DNA of 10,770 nt. Source: Octopus sinensis (lineage: Eukaryota). The notes under the pieces were generated by a model, which did not search any database, had not been told where the DNA came from, and saw nothing but the letters and a program-made list of their open reading frames with translations. Numbering within the stretch: the stretch's first letter is position 1; each line of letters opens with the position of its first letter. Of the stretch, positions 1 to 8,929 are shown one piece after another. Location of the stretch: NCBI RefSeq assembly GCF_006345805.1, contig NW_021827309.1, forward strand, positions 1-10,770. The letters run 5' to 3'. A program made the position numbers and the translations under genes.

Positions 1-95
1 TGTTTTTCTTTTGTTTCTGTGCATTTGAATCATATAGACACATAGATACATACATTATTGATATATAATATATATATATATTATATATAATATAT

Positions 96-127
<32 letters not shown>
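1..127. repeat. Interrupted (TA)n microsatellite (about 57-127) with AT-rich flank
   Basis: TATATA runs with TT/AA interruptions are directly visible. Confidence 0.9.
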
Positions 128-270
128 GCGGAGCAAGCACATAAATGTGAAACAAGGGAAAAAAGTGTACTCAGACACCAGAGGTAGAGTAATATGCTTT
201 ATTTGAAAGCAGCAGAAATATTAACAAAAGCTGTTAATCAGAGTTTCACATTCCCGTTGACGGACAGTTA
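128..270 (-). mobile_element. Short interspersed repeat fragment, probably a Penelope-like element (PLE) pseudo-LTR remnant, embedded in (TA)n
   Basis: A 143-bp non-microsatellite island between two TA arrays. On - it begins with a hammerhead-shaped motif (267->231), followed about 30 nt later by AATAAA (203->198), the usual PLE pLTR layout. It resembles a common octopus repeat recalled from memory; no search was run. Confidence 0.5.
231..267 (-). ncRNA. Degenerate minimal type I hammerhead ribozyme-like motif (probably inactive)
   Basis: Minus strand reads CTGT-CCGTCA-ACG(GGAA)TGT-GAAA-CTC(T)GAT-TA-ACAG. Stem I CTGT/ACAG, stem II closed by a GNRA loop, GAAA, a short stem III and a UH site are in the right order. 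The core deviates from CUGANGA and stem III has one mismatch. Confidence 0.4.
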
Positions 271-278
271 TATTTATG

Positions 279-314
<36 letters not shown>

Positions 315-334
315 ATTATATATATATAAATGTA

Positions 335-380
<46 letters not shown>

Positions 381-401
381 TATATAATATATATATATAT
401 A
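271..401. repeat. Interrupted (TA)n microsatellite
   Basis: Directly visible; source of the spurious YI-repeat ORFs 194..454 and 221..421. Confidence 0.95.
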
Positions 402-612
402 AAGAGTTGGCCAAAAGTCACCGGACATTAATACTATCTGTAGTTCTGTATTGACTCGAATGGAAAAATGTGTCGCTCAAGGACTTCAGTGTTGAATAAT
501 ATGTTGTTTCATATCTAGATGCTTTTATTAAATTCATTCAGTTGTTGAACATAAATATATCTCGGAAATAAATACTTTTGTTTTTACTGTCGGGTGACTT
601 TTGGCCAACCTG
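402..612. mobile_element. MITE / non-autonomous Tc1-mariner-type DNA transposon
   Basis: Terminal inverted repeats GTTGGCCAAAAGTCACCGGACA (406-427) and TGTCGGGTGACTTTTGGCCAAC (588-609) match at 21/22. The right end is ...CTG followed by TA (613-614); the left end is TA (400-401) followed by a slightly decayed AAGAG. The interior is AT-rich and non-coding. Confidence 0.8.
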
Positions 613-666
613 TATGTATGTATGTATGTATGTAGTATTATATATGTATATATAATAATATATCTA

Positions 667-734
<68 letters not shown>
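613..734. repeat. (TATG)n grading into (TA)n microsatellite
   Basis: Directly visible; abuts the 3' end of the RTE fragment and may be its expanded tail. Confidence 0.9.
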
Positions 735-738
<4 letters not shown>

Positions 739-1168
739 CTTGACTGACCACTCCGTCGGGCGTCCAATTGACACTGCTGGTTACAGCACGCTGTCCACTC
801 CTCTCTGGATCGCGCCTTTCTCATCCACATGATCCCAATGGACCCCCTGAAATCGTAACGCCACCGTCATTGAGGCCTTCCGAGTGGTCGTTTTCGCTCG
901 TGCTAATACCACTCGACAACTGCGCGGGTCCACCGAATATCAGGTGAGCCAGGTGACGTATCCAGCCCATCTAAACTTGCTGCGTGTATATTCTATGATG
1001 ACATCCCTCACGCCGGACCTCTTTTTGATGACCCTGCTACTGTTTCCAAGCATCCATCTCTCCATGGCTCTTTGAGCCGTTACCAATCTCTGTTCTTTTC
1101 TCTTTGTTGTAGCCCATATTTCTCTACCATATAACATTGCAGGTAGAACTGTACTATTGATGAGGTAG
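735..1168 (-). mobile_element. 5'-truncated, decayed RTE-clade LINE: C-terminal end of the RT ORF (pseudogenic)
   Basis: Minus translation: YLINSTVLPAMLYGREIWATTKRKEQRLVTAQRAMERWML...RSGVRDVIIEYTRSKFRWAGYVTWLT, then a frameshift near 943, then DIRWTRAVVEWY*HERKRPLGRPQ*RWRYDF...WMRKARSREEW...QSR*. This matches the RTE C-terminal motifs LPxxLYGxExW, KxRWAGHV, RW..VxEW and KRPxGRP..RW. Internal stops at 903-905 and 867-869; terminal TGA at 735-737. Confidence 0.88.
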
Positions 1169-1506
1169 GATTGCAGTCATCCTGAGGCATAGCCTTGATA
1201 GTTTAAGTCGAACAAATCGACTCTGCCGATGCCGTTCTATTTCTTTTAGGTCTGTAAATAATACAACACCGGTTGTCAAGCGGAGGTAGGAGAGCAAACA
1301 CAGACAAAAGGATACACTCGCATTGATATACATACGTACATATACGGCGGGCTTCCAACAAAGTTTCCTCCTACGACATACACTCGCAACGCAATAATCG
1401 GAGCGGAGCTATAGTAAGGAAACTCTTGAGCATCGTGCCTCTCACTGGGACAGCACTCGGATCCACGCTGATGGAAAGCGAACTTCTTAATGATATAGCC
1501 ATGCCT
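1169..1506 (-). mobile_element. Old tRNA-derived SINE, family A (same family as 8226-8670 and 9831-10200)
   Basis: Colinear similarity with 9860-10200 (gtcgaacaaatcgac, ggttgtcaagcg, caaacacagaca, ggctatagta, cttctta...agcca). The 12-mer TCAAGGCTATGC on - is identical to 8614-8625. The last ~30 nt of the family tail are missing. Confidence 0.75.
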
Positions 1507-1551
1507 TTAGACATACACACATACATACAGACAGACAGGTAGGTCGGTCGG

Positions 1552-1611
<60 letters not shown>

Positions 1612-1652
1612 AAGACAGCCGACAGACAGGACAGACAGACAGAACAGACGAC

Positions 1653-1701
<49 letters not shown>

Positions 1702-1702
1702 C

Positions 1703-1734
<32 letters not shown>

Positions 1735-1914
1735 GTGGATGGATGGATGGATGATGGTGGACGATAGAGATAGATAATAGATAGATAGAAAGACAGATAG
1801 ACAGACAGACAGATGACAGATAGATATAGATAGATGATAGATAGATAGATAGATGATAGATGAGATAGATAGACAACAGACAGACAGGTGGATGGATGGA
1901 TGGATGGATGGGTG

Positions 1915-2004
<90 letters not shown>

Positions 2005-2005
2005 C
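1507..2005 (+). repeat. Compound tetranucleotide satellite (AGAT)n/(AGAC)n/(GGAT)n, about 500 bp
   Basis: Long perfect AGAT runs with AGAC and GGAT blocks; source of the spurious YLSI-repeat ORFs. Confidence 0.97.
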
Positions 2006-2009
2006 CGAC

Positions 2010-2095
2010 ATGTATATGCTTCTATGTATGTGTCTATATATTGATATTCATTGTATATATATATACGTGGAGGGAATAGGTTTGTGTGTGTGTGG

Positions 2096-2126
<31 letters not shown>

Positions 2127-2200
2127 TGAGTGTTAGTGAGTGTGTATATGCCTGCTTGTGTATATTTCAGTGAGTGTGTGTCCATGTATTTATATACACA
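2010..2200. repeat. Mixed (TA)/(TG)/(GA)n microsatellites
   Basis: (TG)n at about 2083-2093 and (GA)n at about 2095-2125. Confidence 0.8.
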
Positions 2201-3254
2201 GAAATAACTCTCCAGTTAAAACAAATTAGTTATTTTAGCCATACTGTAATTTTATTTATTTACTTATTTCCTTTTATTTATAATGTTTCTCTTTTCTTTT
2301 CTTTCCATTTTCTTTTTCTTTTTTTTTCCTATTCCAATTACGTCATTGTATTTCCTCCCTGTAGTATACAATCTTCTAAAACAAACACACATTGTCAAGT
2401 CTTTAGTCTAAAATCCTCTGGAAAAACAACTTTGAGTCACGTCCAGTTTTAAATTAACGCATGCATTGGCCGGATGCTTTGTAAATCTGTACAGGAGAGC
2501 GTGAATAGCTAAATGCATTCAAGTCACAGATAATGGCTGACCAGCTTTACTGGTGACCAGTACTTTGAGTTAATTGAATAACAGTTTGACTAGAAACAAC
2601 ATTTGCAAGCGATGGAAGTCAGCCATATTGTCGTTATACGTCGTTCTCGTTCTTTCTCTGCTAAACTCTTTCCATCGCATGTTTTCCTATAAACATCGGT
2701 TTTCTGCGACGAATAAACTTTCGGAATCTTCAAGATTCTGAGAAATGCCGATAATATTCCGTTATTTAATACAAGCAACACTGCGCTGCAAAGTAATTCA
2801 CACATGTTTTCTTATGGTACGCTCAAATGCACATTGAATTCGGCCGTGTGTCTACTGGACTTTATTGTCTTGTTCGCTGTATGAAACCCAAGTCTGCAAC
2901 AACTTTTCAATTAGTTCATAACGCATTTAACAATAAACTTAAATCTCGGCACATGCACAAGTTTCTGCTAAGATCTCCGTGATTGTGCTGCATGAGTGTG
3001 TATTGGACCTTACACACGAAAAGTTTTATCCCTCTCTGAACTTGCGTGTGTCTTTTCATGTGTAATTGGCTGTGTGAATGTATATATGGATAAGCAAATG
3101 TACGTGCGATAGGAGATTTCAAACTGTCCGTCATCAAAAGTTTGGTTCCTTGGTTTCGCTGACTTTATATATCTATGAATATGCTGAAATGCCTGAATGT
3201 CGATGCATATATTGTTGTATTAACGCTTTCATCATTTCACGCTACGTTAAAGCA

Positions 3255-3478
3255 TATGTATATATAAATATAAATATATATGTGTGTGTGTGTGTCTGTG
3301 TGTATATCATATAATAATATATATTATATGTATATGTATATATGTGATATATATATATTATATATATATATATATGCCCACATACACACATACACACATA
3401 TATATATTCATACCTGCGTGCGTACATATATATACATGTATACATATATGCATATATACATAAATACAAGCACACACG

Positions 3479-3514
<36 letters not shown>

Positions 3515-3645
3515 ACATATATATATATATATATATACATATAATATATATATATATATACATATTTAAACATACATTACTATACACATTCGCACATATA
3601 TGAATCTAATCATATGCGCATACATTTATATACATATACACATAC
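3255..3645. repeat. Compound (TA)/(TG)/(CA)n microsatellite field
   Basis: Directly visible; perfect (CA)n at about 3483-3512. Confidence 0.95.
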
Positions 3646-3687
3646 ATCTGTAGGGGAGCGATCCGACAAAATATCTTCAGATATGCA

Positions 3688-3850
3688 CCAGCATGATCGT
3701 GTGGCTTAAAAACGTTTGGTCTTACACAAATTGATACCGAGTTCGATCGCCTTGCTGGGTGACATAGACAAATAAGTCTATTATATTTAAGCTTTGTTGA
3801 CGAAAGGGTTGAAGGAAACATTTCTGACACTGAAAACCTCTCGTGTAGAA
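3688..3850 (+). mobile_element. Highly decayed 5' part of a family-A-like tRNA SINE
   Basis: gcatgatcgtgtgg (A-box-like) ... gagttcgatc (B-box-like) ... gacatagacaaataagtctatta ... ctgaaaacctctcgt aligns loosely with the head of 8226-8380. Confidence 0.4.
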
Positions 3851-3948
3851 GCTTCTCGTAAGGCTGGTTCTTTTCAACAACTGTTTGATTTAATCTATGA
3901 CACATTTTAACGCTAACGACTACTTATTAGGTGTTCTTAAGCGGACTT

Positions 3949-4253
3949 AGTGGAAGCATATGGCCTAGTGGTTAGAGCAGCGAACTCACGGTCGAGGGAT
4001 CGCGGGTTCGAATCTCAAACCGGGAGATGTTAGTGTGTTTATGAGCGAAATACGTAAGCTCCACGCGGCTCCTGCAGAAAGTAATGGCGATAGTTCTACT
4101 GACTCTTTCCCCACAACTTTCTCACTCTTTCCTCAAGCATCTTGCAGCTGACCTGCGACGGACCGGCGTCCCGTCCAGGTGGGGAACTTATACGCCAAGA
4201 AACCGGGAAACCGGCCCTTATGAGCCAGGCATGGCTCGAGAAGGAACAAACAA
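3949..4253 (+). mobile_element. Young full-length tRNA-derived SINE, family C, with 13-bp target-site duplication
   Basis: A box TGGCCTAGTGG (3961-3971), B box GGTTCGAATC (4005-4014), short AAC-type tail, and perfect flanking direct repeat CTTAAGCGGACTT (3936-3948 and 4254-4266). The head does not complete a tRNA cloverleaf. Confidence 0.88.
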
Positions 4254-4699
4254 CTTAAGCGGACTTCACTCTGAAGTATTCGAGTTGCGGCTCTGGTTTT
4301 GATGTAACATTCTCCATACCTCGACCAGACATAGAGGGCCTAAGCAGAGTCATAGGTCCCAACTCTTTCTTTCATTCCCCAGCTATATAACAACTTACAT
4401 AGTTGTGAATCGTTAATCATTGATGATACTACAAGATAGGAGAGATAAATGACCCTTTTCTCTAAAAAATTATTTTGATAAAAAATTTTCCGAGGATGCG
4501 AACACTGCTCATTAGATTTCCTGATTCAATATACGTTCTCAGATTAAGCTATAGGTTTCTGTAAATAATTGCTAAATAAATTCCATTTTTCTTTTTCGCT
4601 TATCTTCCAAATTGAGTAAAAAACAAACAAAAATCTATAGACAGGAAAAATTTTTTTTTTAAATATGTATTCATTCAATCTTAAACTTAACAATCATTA

Positions 4700-5200
4700 T
4701 CTTTGGTAATGATAACAATGACATTGACGAGGAATAGGAAAAGGAGGAGGGGAGGGATGGGGAATGGTTGGAGAAGGGAAGGTAGGGGGAGGGGTGCACG
4801 AAGAGACGGGGAGGGGGAAAATTATGATGGTGAAGATGATGATGAGGAGGAGGAGGAGAATAAAGTGGGTTGTGTCGTGGCGGTTGTAGTGGGGTAAAAG
4901 GTGGTGGGTGGATGTCGTGGCTGCGATATTGGAACCGTGGTGGTGGCCATGGTGGTACTAAAGATGGTAATACAAATGAAGTAGAGATTATATTGGTAGA
5001 AGGGGGGAGATTGTGATGCTAATGCCAACGATGGTAGATGCTGGTAGTGTTGTTGCTATTGTTTGTAGAGTATTATTGGTAGGAGTGATAATGACGAAGG
5101 TACTGGTGGTAGTGGTGGAAGGAGAGGAAGAAGAGGAGATAACAAGAGAAAGCGAAGAGGATGACTAGAGAAAGAAGACCATCAAATGTAAACGAGAACA
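4700..5200 (+). repeat. Degenerate purine-rich low-complexity tract: GGA/GAT/GGT/GAA triplets and G-runs
   Basis: Directly visible; source of the low-complexity ORFs 4703..4897 and 4822..5028. Confidence 0.8.
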
Positions 5201-5229
5201 ATTAGGTGGTGATGATTTGGTCTTCAATT

Positions 5230-5297
5230 ATCATATATATATGTGTGTGTAAGTGTGTGTTCGTGTGTATATATGTTTGTATGTATGTATATGTTGT

Positions 5298-5329
<32 letters not shown>

Positions 5330-5719
5330 ATATGTTGTGTGTGTGTGTGTGTGTGTGTGTGTTGTGTGTGTATGTAAATATATATATCCTCACACATCCG
5401 TATAAGTACGTTTGTATAAACATGTAAAATATCATATATTATATATATATATATTTATATTTATATATATATATCCATGCATATATACTACATATGCAGA
5501 TACACAGATTATATATGTATGCATATTATATATATATATACATATGATAATATATATGTAATATATATATTAATATAATGTATATTATATACATATACAT
5601 ACATATATATATATATAATATACATATGAATATATATATTTGTATATATTATATATTATATATATGTATATTATATATATATACATATATCTATATATAT
5701 CTATGTATATTATATATAT

Positions 5720-5762
<43 letters not shown>

Positions 5763-5810
5763 CTATATATACCATATGATATATGTGTGTATGTGTGTGT
5801 GTGTATAAAT
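5230..5810. repeat. Compound (TG)/(TA)/(TACA)n microsatellite field
   Basis: Directly visible. Confidence 0.95.
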
Positions 5811-5919
5811 AAATTCATTTTACTGTTAGTAGAAAGACAAAACGAGGGGAAACGTTAAATTTATTACGACTGTCAAAACCAACATAAATCGTGAAATCAC
5901 GTACGTGTAAAATGTAGGT

Positions 5920-6196
5920 GTCTATATATATATATATTTACACACATACACACGCACATACAGACATATACATATACACACACGCATACACACAAATGTA
6001 TATACATATACACACATGCATACATACAAATGTATATACATAAGATATATATATATAATATATAATATATATATATATATTATACTATACTTTATATATA
6101 TATATATATGAAGATGTATATATAGTCCAAATTTATATGCATATGTGTGTGCGTTTATGTGTGCATGCTTGTGAGTGTATGTATACCTCTGTGTGT

Positions 6197-6231
<35 letters not shown>

Positions 6232-6250
6232 AACCTGCATGCATACATAC
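5920..6250. repeat. Compound (TA)/(CA)/(TG)n microsatellite field
   Basis: Directly visible. Confidence 0.95.
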
Positions 6251-6269
6251 AGGCAGCGAATACACGTAC

Positions 6270-6700
6270 GCAGGGAAAGAACGAGAAGTAAGTGAGAAAG
6301 TTTGCGAGGAATTGAATTAGAAAGTTGATAAGACAGAGAATCAGAGAGAGTGAGAGAAAGAAAGAGAGAGAAAGAGAGAGAGGGGAAAGGAGAAAGTAGA
6401 CAGGGGAGGGAGAGAGGGAAAGAGAGAGATTGAAAAGTCATTAAAAAAATCATAAAAGCGTGAGAAAATAAGATAAATACAAAAGGAAGCAGAGAGGGAG
6501 GGTTAAGGTGTTAAGGTGTAACGAAGTGGGGAGAGCGAGTGAGAAAATAAATATTTTCTTTAAGAAAGAAGAAAATAAATATATAAAAGAAAGAGATAAA
6601 TCTATTTTACCAAATGATTTCTTAAATTTAAAAAGTTCTATATAAATATATACAAATATATATTTAAGAATGTAGAAAAGAAATAAAAATAAAATTATAA
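6270..6700 (+). repeat. (GA)-rich polypurine tract grading into A-rich low complexity
   Basis: Near-pure purine run at about 6335-6430. Confidence 0.8.
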
Positions 6701-7057
6701 CCGAAAGCAAATGCCATTTGTCTTCTAAAATATTAATATCTCTAACTCGACCCCCGAATAGGGGGCAGGTCGGTTGGCATTATAGAGAATTATGAATATT
6801 GATTCTGCTCTTAAATCATCTATAGACATATTTCTTTAGAAAGATTCTAATAAAGAATAAATAAATTGAAACGAATGGAGGTGTAAGGGGAGAAGGGACA
6901 GACATCGGCAACAAATAAGAACAACAATAACAAGACACACACAAGAGACTGGCAACAACGACAACTAGAATGGCAGAGAACAATGGTAATGGCGGTGATG
7001 AAGAATTAAATGAAATATAATAAATGATAAAATAGAGGAAGACTAAAGACGTGATGC

Positions 7058-7105
7058 CTTGTTGTTGTTGTTGTTCTACTTCTTCTTCCTAGTAGTGTTG
7101 TTGTC
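7058..7105 (+). repeat. (TTG)n/(CTT)n trinucleotide microsatellite
   Basis: ttgttgttgttgttgtt followed by cttcttctt. Confidence 0.8.
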
Positions 7106-7686
7106 GATTTTATTCTGGCTGTTGAATATACTTTTGACAGTATTGTTATACGGGTAGATAGAGTTATTAGCGACGTTTACATCGCCGGACTAAATGCGCG
7201 AAAGCGTTAAATGTTATCTAGGTACATTCCAGTTGGAAAGTTTATCGTAATTGACTGGACTCTTTCGAATTTCCTCTTTCCAAGGTCGGATTAAAGAAAA
7301 AGAATCTGTTGTATACAACTAATTTAATTTCACCTACCGTGACTATCTCCTCTTTTGTTCAGATACATTTTAAGCATGATTTCATTATCGAATGTGATAT
7401 GCGATCTTTTTAGACGTCAGTGTTCGACTTCATCTACAATTCCTTGCTGTTTGAGTTAAACTTGCCAGCAAGTTGAAGCTACTTTATTGGTTAGTTATCC
7501 GGAACATACAAGAATTATTTCGAGTACCCTATGAGAATCCTATAAGTAACTCATCAAATTCATAATCTGAAAAATTGAACATTAATTGTTAAGGCGAAGT
7601 TACTGGATAGACTAATGGTTAGAATATATACATAATTTAGTCTGGATCACAGTAAATCTGAATCGAAAATATATTGAACATTAATA

Positions 7687-7900
7687 GTCGGGCGAAATGC
7701 TTAGCGGTATTTCGTTTGCCGTTACGTTCTGAGTTCAAATTCCGCCGAGGTCAACTTTGCCTTTCATCCTTTCGGGGTCGATTAAATAAGTACCAGTTAC
7801 TCACTGGAGTCGATATAATCGACTTAATCCGTTTGTCTGTCCCTGTTTGTCCCCTCTCTGTTTAGCCCCTTCTGGGCAATAAAGAAATAAGAAATAAGAA
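7687..7900 (+). mobile_element. tRNA-derived SINE, family B (5'-truncated), 3' tail type 1
   Basis: B box GAGTTCAAAT (7731-7740), central block cctttcatcctttcggggtcgat, and an (AAGAAAT)n-type tail. About 86% identical by hand alignment over ~135 nt to the reverse complement of 8019-8154. Resembles the octopus OR-type SINEs from memory. Confidence 0.85.
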
Positions 7901-7969
7901 TTGCTCACATCGCAAGTGCGTTTGTTCAGGTTCAATTTTAAGCTAAACAAGTACAGGAAAGTATAAATA

Positions 7970-8182
7970 AATATCGTTTTCTACTCTAGGCACAAAGCCT
8001 GAAATTTGGGGTAGGGTCAGTCGATTAGATCGACCCCAGTACGCAACTTGTGCTTAATTTATCGGCCCCTAAAGGATGAAAGGCAAAGTCGACCTCGGCG
8101 GAAGTTTGAACTCAGAACGTAGAAACAGACGAAATACTGCTAAGCATTTCGCCCAGCGTGCTAACGATTCTGCCAGCTCGCC
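7970..8182 (-). mobile_element. tRNA-derived SINE, family B (full head), 3' tail type 2
   Basis: Minus: GGCGAGCTGGCAGAATCG (A-box region) ... GAGTTCAAAC (B box) ... cctttcatcctttaggggccgat ... gtcgatctaatcgact, then a different tail (gaccctacccccaaatttcaggctttgtgcctagagtag). Confidence 0.85.
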
Positions 8183-8225
8183 GATCAGAGTGAATCTAAT
8201 TTTTCACAATTTAAACTCTCTTTCT

Positions 8226-8670
8226 AGGTGTGTTGTGTGTAAAGAAGGTTGCTTCCGAACCACTAGGTTCCATGTTCAGACCTGCTGCGTGGAACCTGAG
8301 ACAACTGTCTTCTATTATAGCCTCGGGTCAACCAAAAATTTGTGGGTAATTTTTGATAGGTGAAAACTGAAAAACGCCCGTTTTGTGTGTGTGTTTGTTT
8401 GTGTGTACGTGTGTGTGTGCGTTTGTGTGTGTATGTGATTGTGTGTGGTTGTGGTTGTATGTGTGTGTGCATGTCGTTGTGTCTGTATTTTGCCCCGCCA
8501 CCGCTTGACAACCGGCGTTGTTGTGTTTACGTCAACGTAACTTGGTGGTTTAGTAAATGAGGATCAAAATATAAATAAGCACTGGGTTTCTCTTCATTCG
8601 ACTAAACATTCTTCAAGGCTATGCTCCAGCCTGGCCGCAGTCAAATGACAAAAGCAAGTAAAAGATAAAC
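8226..8670 (+). mobile_element. tRNA-derived SINE, family A, with internal (TG)n expansion (about 8384-8486)
   Basis: Colinear with the reverse complement of 9831-10200 (aagaaggttgctt, tgtcttctattatagcctcgggtc, ccaccgcttgacaaccg, tggccgcagtcaaatgac, caagtaaaaga). Pol III boxes are decayed. Confidence 0.82.
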
Positions 8671-8887
8671 AATGATAGATTATTGAACAAGTGTTATTAT
8701 GTTAATTCATAAAATACTTACATTCAAGTTACCAATGTCAACTTTAACATATAAAGCGCGACAGGCAATGATCGTGGCCGTCAGGCACAGGTCGACAGAC
8801 CAAGATCGTGGCCCTGATTGATACATTTAATTTATGGAGTCTAATGGCACACAAACGCTCCGATACTCCGAGAATACAATAGGACTG

Positions 8888-8925
<38 letters not shown>
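8888..8925. repeat. (TA)n microsatellite
   Basis: Perfect run. Confidence 0.95.

Positions 8926-8929
<4 letters not shown>

Noticed and set aside
1161-1182. TGAGGTAG, the let-7 5' end/seed
   Set aside because: Only 8 nt match, there is no precursor hairpin, and it straddles the RTE/SINE junction.
2351-2452. Strong + strand acceptor (tttcctccctgtag) followed by ...SSGKTTL, resembling a Walker A motif
   Set aside because: The upstream Gly of GxxxxGKT is missing, the frame closes soon after, and there is no convincing donor.
2510-2531. TAAATGCATT, similar to the start of miR-277
   Set aside because: The remainder diverges and there is no complementary arm.
3122-3133. 12-nt inverted match (AACTGTCCGTCA) to 258-269
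   Set aside because: A 12-mer match is expected by chance in 10 kb; there is no flanking similarity and no hammerhead fold.
3949-4030. Possible tRNA gene
   Set aside because: A and B boxes are present, but there is no proper acceptor stem or anticodon arm; the body, tail and TSD identify it as a SINE.
5840-5860. GAAACGTTAAA, a hammerhead-like 3' half
   Set aside because: No CUGANGA core or stem II upstream.
6748-6772. CCCCC-GAATA-GGGGG hairpin as a Helitron 3' end or terminator
   Set aside because: No CTRR terminus at the expected distance on either strand; bacterial terminators are not relevant here.
7190-7225. GCGC-GAAA-GCGT hairpin about 10 nt before CTAG (Helitron-like end)
   Set aside because: The stem is only 4 bp and CTAG is followed by G rather than T.
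7200-7460. Protein-like minus frame (KQQGIVDEVEH*RLKRSHITFDNEIMLKMYLNKRGD...)
   Set aside because: Multiple stops and no recognisable domain; an old transposon relic cannot be excluded without tblastx.
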